Positions 1-10,740 of a stretch of DNA of 33,678 nt are shown here, piece after piece; the first letter of the stretch is position 1; each line of letters begins with the position of its first letter. The notes below the pieces were generated by a model, which worked only from the letters and a program-made list of their open reading frames with translations, was not told the origin of the DNA and did no database searches. This DNA comes from Thermoanaerobaculia bacterium (GTDB lineage Bacteria; Acidobacteriota; Thermoanaerobaculia; Multivoradales; UBA5704), in assembly GCA_044226625.1 (NCBI GenBank), contig JBGAGQ010000068.1:1-33678 (forward strand), given 5' to 3'. A program made the translations under genes and the position numbers.

Positions 1-22
1 GAGAAGGATCCGATAGACTCCT

Positions 23-51
23 GGGACGAAAACCTGCGGGAGGGGACGAAA
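23..51 (+). promoter_or_regulatory. Tandem direct repeat GGGACGAAA (23-31, 43-51), candidate LytTR-family regulator binding site
   Basis: Exact 9-bp repeat with an 11-bp spacer upstream of the TonB receptor-LytS kinase genes; TATCAT -10-like hexamer at 101-106 with no good -35. Confidence 0.5.
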
Positions 52-124
52 CGTCGGTGCCTCGGGATCGGGGTCCGCGGAGCGTTGGGCGAGGCGCGGG
101 TATCATCCGAAGGGCGGTTTCTCG

Positions 125-3100
125 ATGCTCAACTCTCCATTGCGACGCGCGGCGTGGGCGCTGCTGGTGCTCGCCGGTTGTCTGCACGGCACCGGAAACG
201 CGCAGCAGTCCGGAAGCCTCGACGGGTTCGTCCTCTCCGCCGACGGCGATCCCCTGCCCGGAGTGGTGGTGACTCTCTCGGGGCGGAACGCGAACTATCG
301 GCTGGTGAGCGACGGGCGCGGCGCGATCGGGGTGCTCGGGATGGAACCCGGCAATTACTCGCTCCGGGCGGTCCACGACGGATACCAGCCGGCGAACTAT
401 CCCACGGTCGAGATCCTGGTCGGCCGGACCACTTCGATTCAGATCAAGATGAGCGCGATTCCCGGCGAAACGCTGGTCGTCACCTCCGAGCCGCCGTTGC
501 TCTCCTCCCGGCCGGAAGCCCAGGGAATCCGCCTCGGGTCCTTTGAGCTCGATTCGATCCCGACCACGCGCGACCCGTGGGCGGTCGTAGCCCAGGCGCC
601 CGGCGTGATCCTGGATACGGTCAACGCCGGCGGTAACAAATCGAACTTTCAGCCGACCTTCGTCGGCGGCGGCGCCGGGCGGGCGCAGAACAACTTCGTG
701 CTCGACGGCGTGCAGGTGACGGACATGGCCGCGGCCGGAACCTCACCGCTCACCTACGACTTCGACCAGATCGAAGAGGCGCGGGTGACGCTCGGCGGAC
801 CCGACGCCGCGGCGGCGAGCTCCGGCGTCTTGGTCGACCTGGTGACGAAGCGTGGCACCAGCGTCTGGCGCGGCTCGGCGCGCGATTTTTCGACCGACGA
901 GCGATGGCAGTCGGCGCCTCGCCAACCTTCGATCCTGCGGCCGACCGAGCCGGGACCGATCGATCCGCGCGACGTTCCCCCGCGGCACGCCGGACCCGGG
1001 GGCCCGAGAGTCGATTCGTTCTCGACCACGGGTGCTCCCAAGAACCGGGGACAGGAGCCGCCAGGAGCCGCCGGACCGCGCCTCGTGACCGGTTCGGCCA
1101 CGGGTGGCGGCACCGCTACGCCCGGGGAATCGCTCGCGGCCGGTCGGATCAAAGGGATCGACGACTACGGTTTCGAAACCGGCGGCCCCCTGCTGCCCGA
1201 GCGGGTGTTTGGCTGGTTCTCCTACGGCGCCACCAACGCCCGGCAGATCGCCGTCGGCGGGGCACTCGACCGGGCGGAAGCGCACAACTTCGCGTCGAAA
1301 GTGAACGCGCAGATCGGATCGGGGAACTCCTTCTCCTTCGCCTACCACCGCTCGAGCAAGATCCGGCACGACCTCGGCGCCGGTCCGGAGCGGGCGCCCG
1401 AGACGCTCCAGGACGTCAACGGCCAGACCACGATCTGGAAGGTCGAAGACTCCCTGCTCCGTCACGACCTCTACCTGTCGGCGCTCGCGTCGGACCTCTC
1501 CGGCGACGTTCACGCCGAGCCTTTGAGCGGCGACTTCACCGAGCCGGTGCTCGACCCCGACGGCATCTGGCGTGGCGGCTTCTCGTCGTTTTCCGATCGA
1601 CGCACGGCGCGCCAGATCCAGTTGGATCTGCGCACCTTCCTGGCCGCCCGGCCGGGCAGCCATGAGCCGCGGCTCGGCATGTCGCTTCGCGACTTCGGCT
1701 CGGAGAGCGCGGAGCGCTGGGGACCGCGAGATCTGATCCAGATCGCCGGCGAGAACACCGGCACGCTCTACGACGTGGTGCGCGCGTTCCGGCCGGGCCA
1801 GATCGGCTCGAAGCAGCGCTATAAGTCGCTCTGGGCGCAGGACGAGATGCGCTCCGACCGGCTCACCTTGACCGCTGGGCTCCGCTTCGACGAGCAGACG
1901 GGAACCAGCGAGGCGACCGACATCGGCGCCAGCCCGGCATTCCCCGAGCTGCTGCCGGCGGTCCGCTTCGCGGGCGCCGGACCCGGTTTCCGCTGGCGCA
2001 GCGTCTCGCCGCGCCTGGGCGCCTCCTACGCGGTCGACTCCGACCGGCGCGTCACCGTGCGCGCTGGCTACTCGCGATTCGCTTCGCAGCTGCACACGAC
2101 GCTGGTCGATCGCCTCCATCCGCTCGACGCCTCGTCGGCGACGTTCGGCTTCACCGACCGCGACGGCGACGGGATCTACGATCCGGGCGAGCCGATGTTC
2201 CTCCTGTCCACGCAGGGGATCGACCCGAGCAACCCGACCGCGCTCAAGAGCCCGAACCAGACCGACTCCGGGCTCGCCCCGGAGATCACCGACGAGCTGA
2301 CGCTCGGTTTCGAACGCCTGGTCCGCCCCGATCTCGTGGTCACCGGCCAGCTCACCGCGCGCCGGGTCACCGGCGTACTCGAAGCGCGCCGCCTGGTGCG
2401 CGACGCCGCGGGCAACGTCAGGATGGCGACCGCCGCGGACTACACGCTCTGGGACGTGCGGGCCACCAAGCTGCCGAACGGACGGCTCTACCGGGTGCCG
2501 ATCTACACGCTCGACCCGTCGCTCACCCCCACGGGCGGCCGGCGCCTAGTCAACGGCGACCGGAAGCAGGACTATCGCTCGCTCTCGCTCGGGCTGACGA
2601 AGCGCCTGTCGAACGGGTGGATGTTGCGCGGCAACGCGACCTGGAACGACTGGCGCTGGCGCACGGGTCCGGAGTTCCGCCGCTACGACGATCCGACGAA
2701 CCTCGCTCCCGGAATCGGCTTCGACAGCTTCGACGGCGATTCCGATCACGAGGCGGTGGCCGAGCAGGCGCCCGGCTCAGGCGGCTTCGAGGGGGCGTTC
2801 CTGAACAGCCGCTGGGTGTTCAACCTGAACGGTCTGGTCCAGGTGGCGCCGAGCCGCAAATGGGGCTTCCATCTCGCAGGGAACCTCTCGGCGCGCCAGG
2901 GCTATCCGGTGGCCTACGCGCTCCGGGTGACGCCGCCCGACGGCATCGCGCGCAACGTCCAGGTCACCGACCTCACCGACGCCGTCCGCTACGACGATCC
3001 GGTGGTGCTCGACCTGCGCTGCGAGAAGGAGTGGATCTTCGGTGAGATGAGCGCCGTCCTTTCGATCGACGGCTTCAACGTCCTCAATCGCGATACCGCG

Positions 3101-3202
3101 CTCGTCCGCGAGCGCTTCGTCAACTCGCCCCAGGCCGGCGCTCTGCGCGAAGGGATCGGCCCGCGGGTTTTTCGGCTGGGAGTACGCCTCCGCTGGCGCT
3201 GA
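125..3202 (+). CDS. TonB-dependent receptor (Oar-like) with carboxypeptidase-regulatory-like N-terminal domain
   Basis: Signal peptide; GDPLPGVVVTL N-domain; plug motifs (IPTTRDPW, NNFVLDG, VDLVTKRGT); amphipathic beta strands; C-terminal strand PRVFRLGVRLRWR. Confidence 0.9.
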   Translation: MLNSPLRRAAWALLVLAGCLHGTGNAQQSGSLDGFVLSADGDPLPGVVVTLSGRNANYRLVSDGRGAIGVLGMEPGNYSLRAVHDGYQPANYPTVEILVGRTTSIQIKMSAIPGETLVVTSEPPLLSSRPEAQGIRLGSFELDSIPTTRDPWAVVAQAPGVILDTVNAGGNKSNFQPTFVGGGAGRAQNNFVLDGVQVTDMAAAGTSPLTYDFDQIEEARVTLGGPDAAAASSGVLVDLVTKRGTSVWRGSARDFSTDERWQSAPRQPSILRPTEPGPIDPRDVPPRHAGPGGPRVDSFSTTGAPKNRGQEPPGAAGPRLVTGSATGGGTATPGESLAAGRIKGIDDYGFETGGPLLPERVFGWFSYGATNARQIAVGGALDRAEAHNFASKVNAQIGSGNSFSFAYHRSSKIRHDLGAGPERAPETLQDVNGQTTIWKVEDSLLRHDLYLSALASDLSGDVHAEPLSGDFTEPVLDPDGIWRGGFSSFSDRRTARQIQLDLRTFLAARPGSHEPRLGMSLRDFGSESAERWGPRDLIQIAGENTGTLYDVVRAFRPGQIGSKQRYKSLWAQDEMRSDRLTLTAGLRFDEQTGTSEATDIGASPAFPELLPAVRFAGAGPGFRWRSVSPRLGASYAVDSDRRVTVRAGYSRFASQLHTTLVDRLHPLDASSATFGFTDRDGDGIYDPGEPMFLLSTQGIDPSNPTALKSPNQTDSGLAPEITDELTLGFERLVRPDLVVTGQLTARRVTGVLEARRLVRDAAGNVRMATAADYTLWDVRATKLPNGRLYRVPIYTLDPSLTPTGGRRLVNGDRKQDYRSLSLGLTKRLSNGWMLRGNATWNDWRWRTGPEFRRYDDPTNLAPGIGFDSFDGDSDHEAVAEQAPGSGGFEGAFLNSRWVFNLNGLVQVAPSRKWGFHLAGNLSARQGYPVAYALRVTPPDGIARNVQVTDLTDAVRYDDPVVLDLRCEKEWIFGEMSAVLSIDGFNVLNRDTALVRERFVNSPQAGALREGIGPRVFRLGVRLRWR

Positions 3203-3224
3203 GCGCCGTAGGTAAAACCAGGAC

Positions 3225-4388
3225 GTGAACGGGTCGACCACCTTCTCCACGCCGACTTCGGCCGCCAAGCTGCCGGGCAGGAATGCCCCGGCGGCCGCCG
3301 GACCGCGCCCGAACGGCGGCGCGCGCGAGCCGAAAAGCGTTCGGCCGATCGCGATCGGCTTCGCGATCATCCTCGCGGTATCGATCGCGCCGTCCTGGAT
3401 CTATTACGAGCTGCACGGCCAGCCGGTGCCGTGGAGCCGGCTCGCCTCCGAATCGCTCTCCTGGGCGTTGTGGGGCCTGGTCCTGCCCGGCATCATCTGG
3501 GCCGCCCGGCGCGTGCCGGTCGATCGCTCGACCTGGGCCTGGGCTCTGCCCGCGCATCTGGGCCTCGGAACGGCCGCCGTGCTCGGGATCACGGCGCTCA
3601 CCCTGGTCAAGAACCAGCTGGTGATCGCGAGCCAGACCGGCATCTTGGCCCCGGGATTCCTCGCGCGGCTTCCCGAATACCTGGTCACCAACTTCCAGGC
3701 CGCGCTGGTGATCTACGGCGGCATCGTGACGGCCGTCCACACGTTCGACGCCTTCCGGCGTCTCAAGGATCGCGAGGTCAAGGCGAGCCAGCTCGAAGCC
3801 GATCTCGCGCGCGCGCAGCTTACCGTGCTCAAGATGCAGCTCGAGCCGCATTTCCTGTTCAATACGTTGAACGCGATCTCGGCGCTGGTACGCGGCAATC
3901 CCGACGGCGCCGAGCGGATGGTGATCCGCCTGTCCGAGCTGCTTCGGCTCTCGCTCGCGAGCGCCGAGAAGGATGAAGTGCCCCTCGAAGAAGAGCTCCG
4001 GTTCCTCGGCGTCTATCTGGACATCCAGAAGACCCGATTCGGCGACCGGCTGCGCGTCCGCCAGGAGATTCCGGACAACACTCGAGCGGCTTCGGTCCCC
4101 ACGCTGCTGCTCCAGCCCCTGGTCGAGAACTCGATCCGCCACGGCCTCGAGCGGCGTGCCGCGCCGCTTACGATCACCCTGCGCGCGACGAGGTTGGGCA
4201 ACCGGCTGCGGGTCGAGGTCGAGGACGACGGTCCGGGCCTGCCCGAGGAGGCGGCGCGCCGGAACGGCGTCGGCCTCGCCAACACCCGCGCGCGCCTGGA
4301 GCGGCTCTACGGCGCCGAGCAGGAGATGACGCTGGCGAACCTCCCCGACGGGGGGACGCGGGTGACGATGGAGCTGCCGCAACGCTGA
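3225..4388 (+). CDS. LytS/YehU-type membrane sensor histidine kinase
   Basis: About four N-terminal TM helices; LKMQLEPHFLFNTLNAI H-box; LQPLVENSIRHG, VEDDGPG and GVGLANTRARL ATPase motifs; GTG start uncertain. Confidence 0.92.
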   Translation: MNGSTTFSTPTSAAKLPGRNAPAAAGPRPNGGAREPKSVRPIAIGFAIILAVSIAPSWIYYELHGQPVPWSRLASESLSWALWGLVLPGIIWAARRVPVDRSTWAWALPAHLGLGTAAVLGITALTLVKNQLVIASQTGILAPGFLARLPEYLVTNFQAALVIYGGIVTAVHTFDAFRRLKDREVKASQLEADLARAQLTVLKMQLEPHFLFNTLNAISALVRGNPDGAERMVIRLSELLRLSLASAEKDEVPLEEELRFLGVYLDIQKTRFGDRLRVRQEIPDNTRAASVPTLLLQPLVENSIRHGLERRAAPLTITLRATRLGNRLRVEVEDDGPGLPEEAARRNGVGLANTRARLERLYGAEQEMTLANLPDGGTRVTMELPQR

Positions 4389-4404
4389 GGAAACGAAGCG
4401 GGCC

Positions 4405-5592
4405 GTGGCAGAATCCGTCGCTCGGATGCCGGCTCCCCTCCCGATCTCCCGCGCCGAGGCGCGCGAATACCTGCTCGGCCATCTCGGTCTCAAGGCGGTG
4501 ATCGACCCACCGGGTGCCGAAGGGGCGCGCGCCCTGCTGCGCCGCATGCGCGCGATCCAGCTCGACCCGCTCGATCCCATCGGCACCAACGCGGACTTGG
4601 TCGCGATGGCCCGCGTGGACGGCATCCGGCGCGGCGAGCTCCCGGGGATGCTCATGCCCGGGCATGCCTTCGAGCACTTCGCCAAGGAGCGGTGCATCCT
4701 TCCGGCCGCGGCGTTTCCCTACTACCGCGACCGCTTGATGGAATCCACCTGGTGGCATTTTTCGACCCGGATCGAGCGACTGCCGGAAGGGGTGGTCGAG
4801 GCGGTGTACGCCGAGATCGAGGCGCACGGTCCGCTCACCGCCGCCGATCTGTCCGACCATGGCGCGGTCGAGCCGATCGACTGGTCGGGCTGGAAAGGCA
4901 CCCAGAAAGCCGCCTCGATGGCCATCGAGGTCCTCTGGTCGCGCTGCCGGATCGTGGTCGCGGGGAGGACCTCGCGCGGGAAGCTCTGGGACCTTCCCGA
5001 ACGGGCGCTCGGTCCGATCGCCAAGGCTCCCGGCGGCGACTTCGCGCGATTTTCGATCGCGGAGCGTGCCGAGGCCGCCGGCCTCCTGTCGCGCAACATG
5101 GGGCCGTGGTGGGCGATGCTCACGGAGGTCCGCACCTCGCCGCTCGTCGACGAGATGATCGCCGAAGGCTCGGTGGTCGAGGTCGCGGTAGAGGGAATCC
5201 CACGCAAGTTTCTGGCGCCCCCCGATTTCCTGGATCGCCGCTTTCCGGAGAACGACGGTCGGCTGCGCATCCTCGCGCCGCTCGACCCGATCCTCTGGGA
5301 CCGCAAGCTGGTCCAGCACCTTTGGGGATTCGAATACCTCTGGGAGGTCTACAAACCGGCCGACCAACGCCGTTGGGGCTGGTACGTCCATCCCCTTCTC
5401 CATCGCGGTGAATTCGTCGGTCGCCTCGAAGGCCGGGTCGAAGGCAAGACCCTGGCGATTCATCGCATTTGGGGCGAGCCCGAGCGGGAGCTCGACCGCG
5501 ACGCGCTGAAGACCGCCCTGGAGCGCCACGCCGAGCTGTGCGGAGCGAGCCGGATGAAGCTGCCGAAGCGGGTGCTCAAGGGTCGGCGGTAG
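4405..5592 (+). CDS. YcaQ/AlkZ-family (HTH_42) crosslink-repair DNA glycosylase
   Basis: N-terminal IQLDP (QxD) motif; C-terminal LAPLDPILWDR and WEVYKP..RRWGWYVHP motifs typical of YcaQ-like proteins. Confidence 0.85.
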   Translation: MAESVARMPAPLPISRAEAREYLLGHLGLKAVIDPPGAEGARALLRRMRAIQLDPLDPIGTNADLVAMARVDGIRRGELPGMLMPGHAFEHFAKERCILPAAAFPYYRDRLMESTWWHFSTRIERLPEGVVEAVYAEIEAHGPLTAADLSDHGAVEPIDWSGWKGTQKAASMAIEVLWSRCRIVVAGRTSRGKLWDLPERALGPIAKAPGGDFARFSIAERAEAAGLLSRNMGPWWAMLTEVRTSPLVDEMIAEGSVVEVAVEGIPRKFLAPPDFLDRRFPENDGRLRILAPLDPILWDRKLVQHLWGFEYLWEVYKPADQRRWGWYVHPLLHRGEFVGRLEGRVEGKTLAIHRIWGEPERELDRDALKTALERHAELCGASRMKLPKRVLKGRR

Positions 5593-5616
5593 CTCGCACT
5601 CGAAGCGCGAAACGCC

Positions 5617-5650
5617 GGCCCAGACCCGGCTCGCGATGTCGGGTGGGGCC
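5617..5650. terminator. GC-rich hairpin between convergent genes, possible terminator
   Basis: GGCCC..ACCCGGC / GTCGGGT..GGGCC inverted repeat; no clear U-tract. Confidence 0.35.
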
Positions 5651-6444
5651 TACGAAAAAACCGGCTGGGCGAAGCGAGTCCCAGGAGGGAAGGAGAGGCC
5701 GAAGCGATCGCTGAGGACCTCTAGCAGGTGCTCCGGATCGCGGATCGTCTCGGTCTCGATGCCGCCCTTCTCGCGCAGAACGAGATCCCGATTCCGCAGG
5801 ATCCATCGACGCTCGGGCCAGGTTCGCTGCACCGTGAGGTTGTTGACGAACGGCGAGAGCGGAAACGTGCTCGTGAAATGGTTCGCCATCACGTAATCCG
5901 CGGACGCCTGCGGCTCGAGGGTGAAGGCGTAGAGGTCCACCCATAACCCCTCGAGGTTCCCCTCGAGCACCCAAACCCGCTCCTCCCGTCGTAGCCGGTG
6001 GCCGAACGGACCGACGAACGTCTCCCGCCCTTCGATCATCGGCAAGGGAATCACCGGCCCGTCGCCGCCGAAGCCCACGTCGGCGAGATACTTCTCGCCT
6101 TCGACCTCGACCCGCAGCAGCTTGTGGGTCCGTGGCCGGACGGCCAGCGTTCCTACCTGCACCCGAGCGGCCAGCGGCGTCACGGGGAATCCCAAATCGC
6201 GGAGCGCGGCCTCGAACAGGGTGTTCTGCTCGAAGCAGTACCCGCCCCGGCGGCCGGCGACCAGCTTCCGCTCGAGAGCCGCGAGATCGAGATCGATCCC
6301 GCGCCCGAGCAGAATGTCCAGGTTCTCGAACGGAATCGCCTCCTCGTGCGCGACGTGCAACGCCGTGAGCACCGAAAGCGTCGCCTCGCGGGGGCCGACA
6401 TAGCCGAGGCGGTCGAGGTAGGCGTCGAGGTCGAGCAGGGGCAC
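5650..6444 (-). CDS. Arylamine N-acetyltransferase family protein
   Basis: IPFENLD and RRGGYCFEQN (catalytic Cys), RTH (His) and LADVGFG (Asp) form the NAT triad. Confidence 0.95.
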   Translation of the reverse strand: MPLLDLDAYLDRLGYVGPREATLSVLTALHVAHEEAIPFENLDILLGRGIDLDLAALERKLVAGRRGGYCFEQNTLFEAALRDLGFPVTPLAARVQVGTLAVRPRTHKLLRVEVEGEKYLADVGFGGDGPVIPLPMIEGRETFVGPFGHRLRREERVWVLEGNLEGLWVDLYAFTLEPQASADYVMANHFTSTFPLSPFVNNLTVQRTWPERRWILRNRDLVLREKGGIETETIRDPEHLLEVLSDRFGLSFPPGTRFAQPVFS

Positions 6445-6456
6445 CGAGCGATCCGG

Positions 6457-6747
6457 TCAGGTAGACGCCAAAGCCGTCGACTGGGCGAGCTCTTCGCGGA
6501 CCCGGTCCGCGAGGTAGGTCTTGAGGAGCGACTGGTAAGGCACGTCTCGTTTGTTGGCCAACAATTTGAGCTCGGCGATCAGAGAGACGGGCAGACGAAG
6601 AGAGATCGTCTTGAGCGTTGGCTTCAGCTCCGGCAGCGTCACGACCTCCGCCTTCGACCAATCGATGTGATCCACCGAATCGGCTTGCGACCAGTACCGC
6701 CGCTCTTCCTTCTCCGAGGCAAACTTAGGGATGGGTGCCTTTTTCAT
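6457..6747 (-). CDS. BrnA/CopG-type ribbon-helix-helix antitoxin
   Basis: IPKFASEKEERRYW N-terminus and TISLRLP..LKLLANKRDVPYQSLLK RHH C-terminus; overlaps the 3' end of a BrnT-like frame. Confidence 0.9.
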   Translation of the reverse strand: MKKAPIPKFASEKEERRYWSQADSVDHIDWSKAEVVTLPELKPTLKTISLRLPVSLIAELKLLANKRDVPYQSLLKTYLADRVREELAQSTALAST

Positions 6748-7045
6748 GGTGTCGGTAAGCCGCGACCTCGCGACGTGTCATGTCCCGGGTCGAGATAACC
6801 CGGATCAGAGTCCCGCGTACTGTAAACGCGACGAAGAGACGCCGCCCGGCATCGGTGCGTCCGAGGGCATAGAACCGGGGCTCAGAGCTCGAATGAGCCT
6901 CGTCGATTCGAATGACGAAGGGGCGATTGAAAAACGTCTCTTCGGCTTCCCAGAAGGCGACGTCGTGTTTTTCAAGGTTCTTTTCGAGGTCGCCCTCGTC
7001 TCAATCGAAGCCTGAAGCCGTGGCCAGTTGCCGCCGGATGTCCAC
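6725..7045 (-). pseudogene. BrnT-family toxin interrupted by an in-frame TGA at codon 15 (7001-7003)
   Basis: Manual translation: MDIRRQLATASGFD*DEGDLEKNLEKHDVAFWEAEETFFNRP..HSSSEPRFYALGRTDAGRRLFVAFTVRGTLIRVISTRDMTRRE..HP; the stop replaces the conserved Trp of F-x-W-D; absent from the ORF track. Confidence 0.85.
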
Positions 7046-7051
7046 CCCGCA

Positions 7052-7071
7052 AGTATACGCTCAGCGTATAC
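7052..7071 (-). promoter_or_regulatory. Palindromic operator overlapping the -10 of the toxin-antitoxin promoter
   Basis: Perfect inverted repeat GTATACGCT-C-AGCGTATAC (7053-7071); minus-strand TATACT (7057-7052) lies 6 nt before the brnT GTG. Confidence 0.65.
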
Positions 7072-8065
7072 GCTCGCGTGCAGCCACCTCCGTCCGTTCC
7101 ACCTCGCTCAGGAACGCCGCATCGAGCGCGTTTTCTTGGAGCCGGCGCAGCTCGGCCTCCGACAGCCCCAAATCCTCCGCCGCGACCCGGTACTCGTGCG
7201 CGAGATCGATGCCGCTGATCGAGGGGTCGTCGGTGCTCAAGGTGGCTTTGATGCCGCGGGCGAGGAAGAACGGCAGCGGATGCTCGGCGAGCGAGCGGAC
7301 GGTGCTCGTCTGGACGTTGCTCGTCGGGCAGATCTCGAGGGCGATGCCGCGCTCGGCGATCAGATCGAGGAGCGATTCGTCTTCGACCGATCGAATGCCA
7401 TGGCCGATACGCTCCGCCCCCAGCTCTTCGATCGCCTGGCGGACGCTTTCGGCGCCCGCCGCCTCACCCGCGTGGGCGATCGTGCAGAGGCCGGCTTCTC
7501 GCGCCTCCCGGAAGTGATCGACGAACAACGCGCCGGGAAAATTCGCCTCGTCCCCCGCGAGGTCGAGCGCCACCACGCCCTTGTCGCGACAGGCAATTGC
7601 GGCGGCGAGCTCGATCCGTCCGATCTCCGGCCCGTAATTGCGCGAGATGATGCCGATCAGCTTGGCGCTCACGGCCGGATGCCGAGCGAGCCCCTCGGCC
7701 ACTCCGTCGCAGACCGCCTCGGCCACGGCGAGCGGATCGAGCTCGTGCCGTTCGGCCATGAAATAGGGGCTGAAGCGGAGCTCGACGTGATCGATCCCTT
7801 CGCGAGCGGCGTCCTCGACGTTCTCTCGGGCGATCCGGCGACAGGCGTCGAGGTCGACCATCACCCGGCGCAGGATGTCGAACTTGGCGAGGAAACCGAG
7901 GAGATCGGGCTCGGGGCTCATCACCTGGACGTGCGGCCGCAGCGCCGGCTCGGTCGCCGCGGGGAGGTAAACCCCATGCTCGCGGGCCAGGGCGAGGACG
8001 GTCGAAAGCCGGACGTTGCCATCGAGATGGCGGTGCAGCTCGACGAGCGGGTAGCCGTTGCGCAT
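7061..8065 (-). CDS. add: Adenosine deaminase
   Basis: ELHRHLDG, DLAGDE, HAGE, RIGHG, EICPTSN and STDDP motifs; start moved to MRNGYPLVELH. Confidence 0.9.
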   Translation of the reverse strand: MRNGYPLVELHRHLDGNVRLSTVLALAREHGVYLPAATEPALRPHVQVMSPEPDLLGFLAKFDILRRVMVDLDACRRIARENVEDAAREGIDHVELRFSPYFMAERHELDPLAVAEAVCDGVAEGLARHPAVSAKLIGIISRNYGPEIGRIELAAAIACRDKGVVALDLAGDEANFPGALFVDHFREAREAGLCTIAHAGEAAGAESVRQAIEELGAERIGHGIRSVEDESLLDLIAERGIALEICPTSNVQTSTVRSLAEHPLPFFLARGIKATLSTDDPSISGIDLAHEYRVAAEDLGLSEAELRRLQENALDAAFLSEVERTEVAARERIR

Positions 8066-8215
8066 GGGCGTGGGATCCCTGGTCGGTGCGGGTCGACTGC
8101 ATGGTACGCCACCTCCCCCTTCGCAGGTGCCCATTCTTTGTTAGAGTCCCCCCTCGCTCGACGCCAGAACGGCCGATTCCCCGGCGCGGCTCGCGAGAGG
8201 AGGCCCGAACCTGAA

Positions 8216-10129
<1,914 letters not shown>

Positions 10130-10142
10130 GGAGGAGCGATCG

Positions 10143-10730
10143 ATGCAAGCGACGATGGCCGGCCCTGTCCTCGAACAGAGCGTTCACACCCTGGTGGGCT
10201 GCCTCGACGAGGCCGTTCGCCTGCGCCGGGTCGACGAGATCACCGAGAAGGTGAAATGCGAGCTCTGCCGCCTGATCGGGGAGCGGCGCCTCCTCCTGCC
10301 CGAGCGCTGCTTGCGGCCGAGCACCGACCGTTACGCGCGCCACCTGCTCCACCGCTCGCAAGAGCTCGGCTATACCGCCGTGGTGATGGTCTGGGGACCC
10401 GGCCAGCGGACGGGACTGCACGACCACTCCGGGCTCTGGTGCGTCGAAGGCGTGGTCGAAGGAGAGCTCGAGATCACGCGCTACGAGCGCCTGGGCGACG
10501 GCGAGGAGGCGGTCCGCTTCGAGGAGTGCGAACGGATCCACGCGAGCGCCGGCTCTTCGGGGTCGCTGATCCCGCCCCACGAGTATCACGTCCTGGCCAA
10601 CGACAGCGCGGAGCAGACGGCGATCACGCTCCACATCTATGGGGGCGAGATGACCACCTGTTCGGTGTTCGAACCCCAGAACGACGGTTCGTACGTTCGC
10701 CGAGAACGGGCTCTCTCGTACGACGACTAG
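10143..10730 (+). CDS. Cysteine dioxygenase family (3-His thiol dioxygenase)
   Basis: YARHLL, WGPGQRTGLHDH, YHVLAN and TLHIY motifs; SD GAGGAG directly after the speA stop. Confidence 0.88.
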   Translation: MQATMAGPVLEQSVHTLVGCLDEAVRLRRVDEITEKVKCELCRLIGERRLLLPERCLRPSTDRYARHLLHRSQELGYTAVVMVWGPGQRTGLHDHSGLWCVEGVVEGELEITRYERLGDGEEAVRFEECERIHASAGSSGSLIPPHEYHVLANDSAEQTAITLHIYGGEMTTCSVFEPQNDGSYVRRERALSYDD

Positions 10731-10740
10731 GAGTCCCGGT

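Noticed and set aside
4405-6444. Self-resistance genes of a natural-product cluster (AlkZ-like protein, NAT-like amide synthase)
   Set aside because: No PKS, NRPS or other biosynthetic core genes in the window
7001-7003. TGA as selenocysteine or a reassigned Trp codon
   Set aside because: The position is a conserved Trp rather than Cys, I see no convincing SECIS, and TGA terminates many genes in this window
7028-8215. N-terminal 396 aa of the 1033-aa ORF, an apparent giant SpeA fusion
   Set aside because: It is the antisense shadow of adenosine deaminase; SpeA similarity and an SD begin at about 8216
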